From a virus: DNA of 64,000 nt. The stretch spans positions 1 to 64,000 of the IMG/VR virus record IMGVR_UViG_3300002038_000008; one strand, given 5' to 3'. The translations under genes and the position numbers were made by a program. A model generated the notes under the pieces. That model ran no database searches and was not told where the DNA came from. It saw only the letters and a list, made by a program, of their open reading frames with translations. Shown in pieces: positions 62,421-64,000 of the stretch; within the stretch, counting starts at the first letter, position 1; every line of letters begins with the position of its first letter.

Positions 62421-63271
62421 AATTCTTTTTCTCCGTAATATTTCAGATCCCTTTCAATCAGACAAGGTCTGGCTTCCATCACCATGTTTAACTTTTTAGT
62501 AGTACTGAACGTCTGCTTAGAGGCATCCTTATCCAGGGCCACTACTCCCCTCTTAAACTTAGATACTAGATCAAACATTATATCGTCTGCCATGTAAACT
62601 CCTAGCAGGGCCACTGAATGGAACCCGTGCTGGGCTAGTTTTAAAGCCGATATGCTATCTTCAACTAGGACCACAGTATCCTTCGCCTTACACTTTGTCA
62701 AGGGGTAATAATAATTATAAAAAGGAACTTCAAAAGAATTCTTATAGGTTGCCTGAGCCTTTACATCGGTGGGCTTGTATTCAGGGAACCATTCTTCAGG
62801 ACGGAACCCGTACTTGTCCAAAGAACGACGATCATACACCCTAAGGATGTGCCCTAAGTTTTCCTCTCTTACGTTCTTCACAGGAAAGACAACATGGTGC
62901 TCCGAAAACTTCCACCCGGCACGGTCTATAGAAGATGGCCACAACTGGAAGCAAGTACCAAAGAACCTGTAGTAGTCCACAGAAAGCCTTGACATAGGAC
63001 CTTCATAAGGTCTTGATAACTTAGACTTCTTTCTTCCTTTATTAGAAAAACTAACGTGCCCGTCCCTTACCATACCTCCTCCGAGACTACAAGAAGCTCG
63101 GAAGCAATTGTAAACGAGGCCGTTAGTTACTCTGACCAGACCGAAGCTCAGCTCGTTGGAGTCTCCCCCGTTACAGTAGGGGCAAAGAATTCTTCCTGTT
63201 CTGTCCCCTTCTTCCGGTACATCGAGGCCCAACTCTAAGATTTTAATCTTTAGTTTATCGCTCAGTTTCAT
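62402..63271 (-). CDS. DNA primase (Zn-finger + TOPRIM, T7 gp4 N-terminal type)
   Basis: CPYCNGG...YNCFRASC zinc motif; TOPRIM VVLVEDSISALKL ... VALLG ... VVALDKD. Confidence 0.8.
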   Translation of the reverse strand: MKLSDKLKIKILELGLDVPEEGDRTGRILCPYCNGGDSNELSFGLVRVTNGLVYNCFRASCSLGGGMVRDGHVSFSNKGRKKSKLSRPYEGPMSRLSVDYYRFFGTCFQLWPSSIDRAGWKFSEHHVVFPVKNVREENLGHILRVYDRRSLDKYGFRPEEWFPEYKPTDVKAQATYKNSFEVPFYNYYYPLTKCKAKDTVVLVEDSISALKLAQHGFHSVALLGVYMADDIMFDLVSKFKRGVVALDKDASKQTFSTTKKLNMVMEARPCLIERDLKYYGEKELCEILL

Positions 63272-63414
63272 AGGATTGCCATCATAATAAAGGTACTGAT
63301 CCCTACTCCCCCCAGATATACCATGTCTCCTAGTTCTTCGTATTCTTCAGGAAACTGTAGAGTTGTACTAAAGAGCAGTATCAGTAAGCAAATAGACACT
63401 AAGATAATTTTCAT
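63268..63414 (-). CDS. small membrane protein (48 aa), not in ORF track
   Basis: Own translation MKIILVSICLLILLFSTTLQFPEEYEELGDMVYLGGVGISTFIMMAIL; stop overlaps the primase ATG (ATGA). Confidence 0.35.
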   Translation of the reverse strand: MKIILVSICLLILLFSTTLQFPEEYEELGDMVYLGGVGISTFIMMAIL

Positions 63415-63519
63415 ACTAATTAACCTACAAGTCCTGTTTTGTTGTATAACCTACTAGTCATTAGACCTCTTAATGACTCATATAAGATACATAAAGGGGT
63501 CTATTTCTTATCTTGTGCG

Positions 63520-63732
63520 TTACTTTTCATCCATATGCCACTCAGAAAATAGCCATTCGACGATCACGACGAGCATGACTACTAATACGCCCAGGCACGT
63601 CATTGGCCAAGCTGTCGACATGATCAACAGTTTCGCCGGGTGCTTGCCCGAGACTACTCCGTCCCAGCCCCAATCAGCGAACGATAGGACTAGCAGACTG
63701 ATGAACGAGAATACTATGTAGCTGCCCATCAC
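63520..63732 (-). CDS. small membrane protein (70 aa)
   Basis: ORF track; two hydrophobic helices. Confidence 0.5.
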   Translation of the reverse strand: MMGSYIVFSFISLLVLSFADWGWDGVVSGKHPAKLLIMSTAWPMTCLGVLVVMLVVIVEWLFSEWHMDEK

Positions 63733-63932
63733 TTCCCGCCTCCCTGTTGTTCGTCGATGCGTTCTAGCTTTTCTGCCAATTCCCAGCCGATCTGTTGAAC
63801 TGCTTTATTGATCGCGTGACCAGTTACATGGAGCCCCAATCGGTGGCACTTTTGTTCAATCCTTACTATATCTATGGATAGCTTGACGCCCTTTGTTCTC
63901 AATTCGTCTTGCCTATCACTCACAACTATCAC
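63729..63932 (-). CDS. hypothetical protein (67 aa, GTG start)
   Basis: ORF track; C-terminus AEKLERIDEQQGG resembles the end of the partial upstream ORF. Confidence 0.45.
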   Translation of the reverse strand: MIVVSDRQDELRTKGVKLSIDIVRIEQKCHRLGLHVTGHAINKAVQQIGWELAEKLERIDEQQGGGK

Positions 63933-64000
63933 CTTGTTCTATATCCTGTGACTCACAAGTATTACCTTGTTCGTCGGTGCGTTCGAACTTTTGCGTAGAA
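63916..64000 (-). CDS. hypothetical protein, C-terminal part only (runs off right edge)
   Basis: Own translation ...STQKFERTDEQGNTCESQDIEQGDSCE stop at 63916-63918. Confidence 0.3.
   Translation of the reverse strand, partial: STQKFERTDEQGNTCESQDIEQGDSCE

Noticed and set aside
1-64000. CRISPR arrays, integrase/attachment sites, transposases, toxin-antitoxin repeats
   Set aside because: I saw no regularly spaced direct repeats, no tyrosine or serine recombinase motifs and no IS-like inverted repeats. The only mobile-type gene is the free-standing HNH endonuclease.
1-64000. T7-like single-subunit RNA polymerase and phage-specific promoters
   Set aside because: No ~880-aa RNAP ORF is present and no recurring 20-23-nt promoter-like consensus was seen in the intergenic regions. 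Sigma70-like elements are present instead. An RNAP outside the window cannot be excluded.

Overview
The whole 64 kb window reads as one contiguous tailed dsDNA phage genome segment. It looks podovirus-like, with a T7-type order of portal, scaffold, capsid, tail tube, internal virion proteins. I saw no cellular housekeeping genes, integrase, CRISPR array, reverse transcriptase or phage RNA polymerase.

Architecture:
- Leftward array of small early-type genes (1-3531, minus strand). It includes an HNH endonuclease, an acidic protein and tandem paralogs.
- A ~700 nt ORF-poor hub (3532-4229) from which transcription appears to diverge.
- A long rightward arm (4230-45732). It starts with a low-coding-density stretch holding two HslV/proteasome-beta-like Ntn-hydrolase paralogs interleaved with tRNA-Asn(GTT) and a degenerate tRNA-Trp-like element. 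Next comes a ~14 kb receptor-binding/fibre cluster (LamG fibres, FN3, a signal-peptide FG-GAP protein, an HxH-repeat fibre, M15 endolysin). Then terS, terL, portal, scaffold, major capsid, tail and internal virion proteins, and an overlapped spanin pair.
- A bidirectional terminator at ~45.75 kb.
- A leftward replication/nucleotide arm (45784-64000, minus strand). It encodes primase, DnaB-like helicase, Pol A, an SSB-like protein, FEN-type 5'-3' exonuclease, T7 endonuclease I-like resolvase, a DEDDy exonuclease, a metallophosphoesterase, an Rnl2-type RNA ligase, a MazZ-like dNTP diphosphohydrolase domain protein and several runs of tiny membrane proteins.

Genes are very tightly coupled: TAATG, ATGA and GTGA start/stop overlaps are pervasive, and this let me refine many starts and add small ORFs missing from the track.

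Most interesting, in order:
1. The orphan phage HslV-like pair with interleaved tRNAs and no HslU partner in the window.
2. The ORF-poor hub, a possible structured RNA or origin.
3. The five-fold HxH repeat fibre and the signal-peptide FG-GAP protein.
4. A translationally coupled array of five tiny membrane proteins or lipoproteins inside the replication arm.

All functional calls rest on motif recognition by eye and on gene order. No database search was run.
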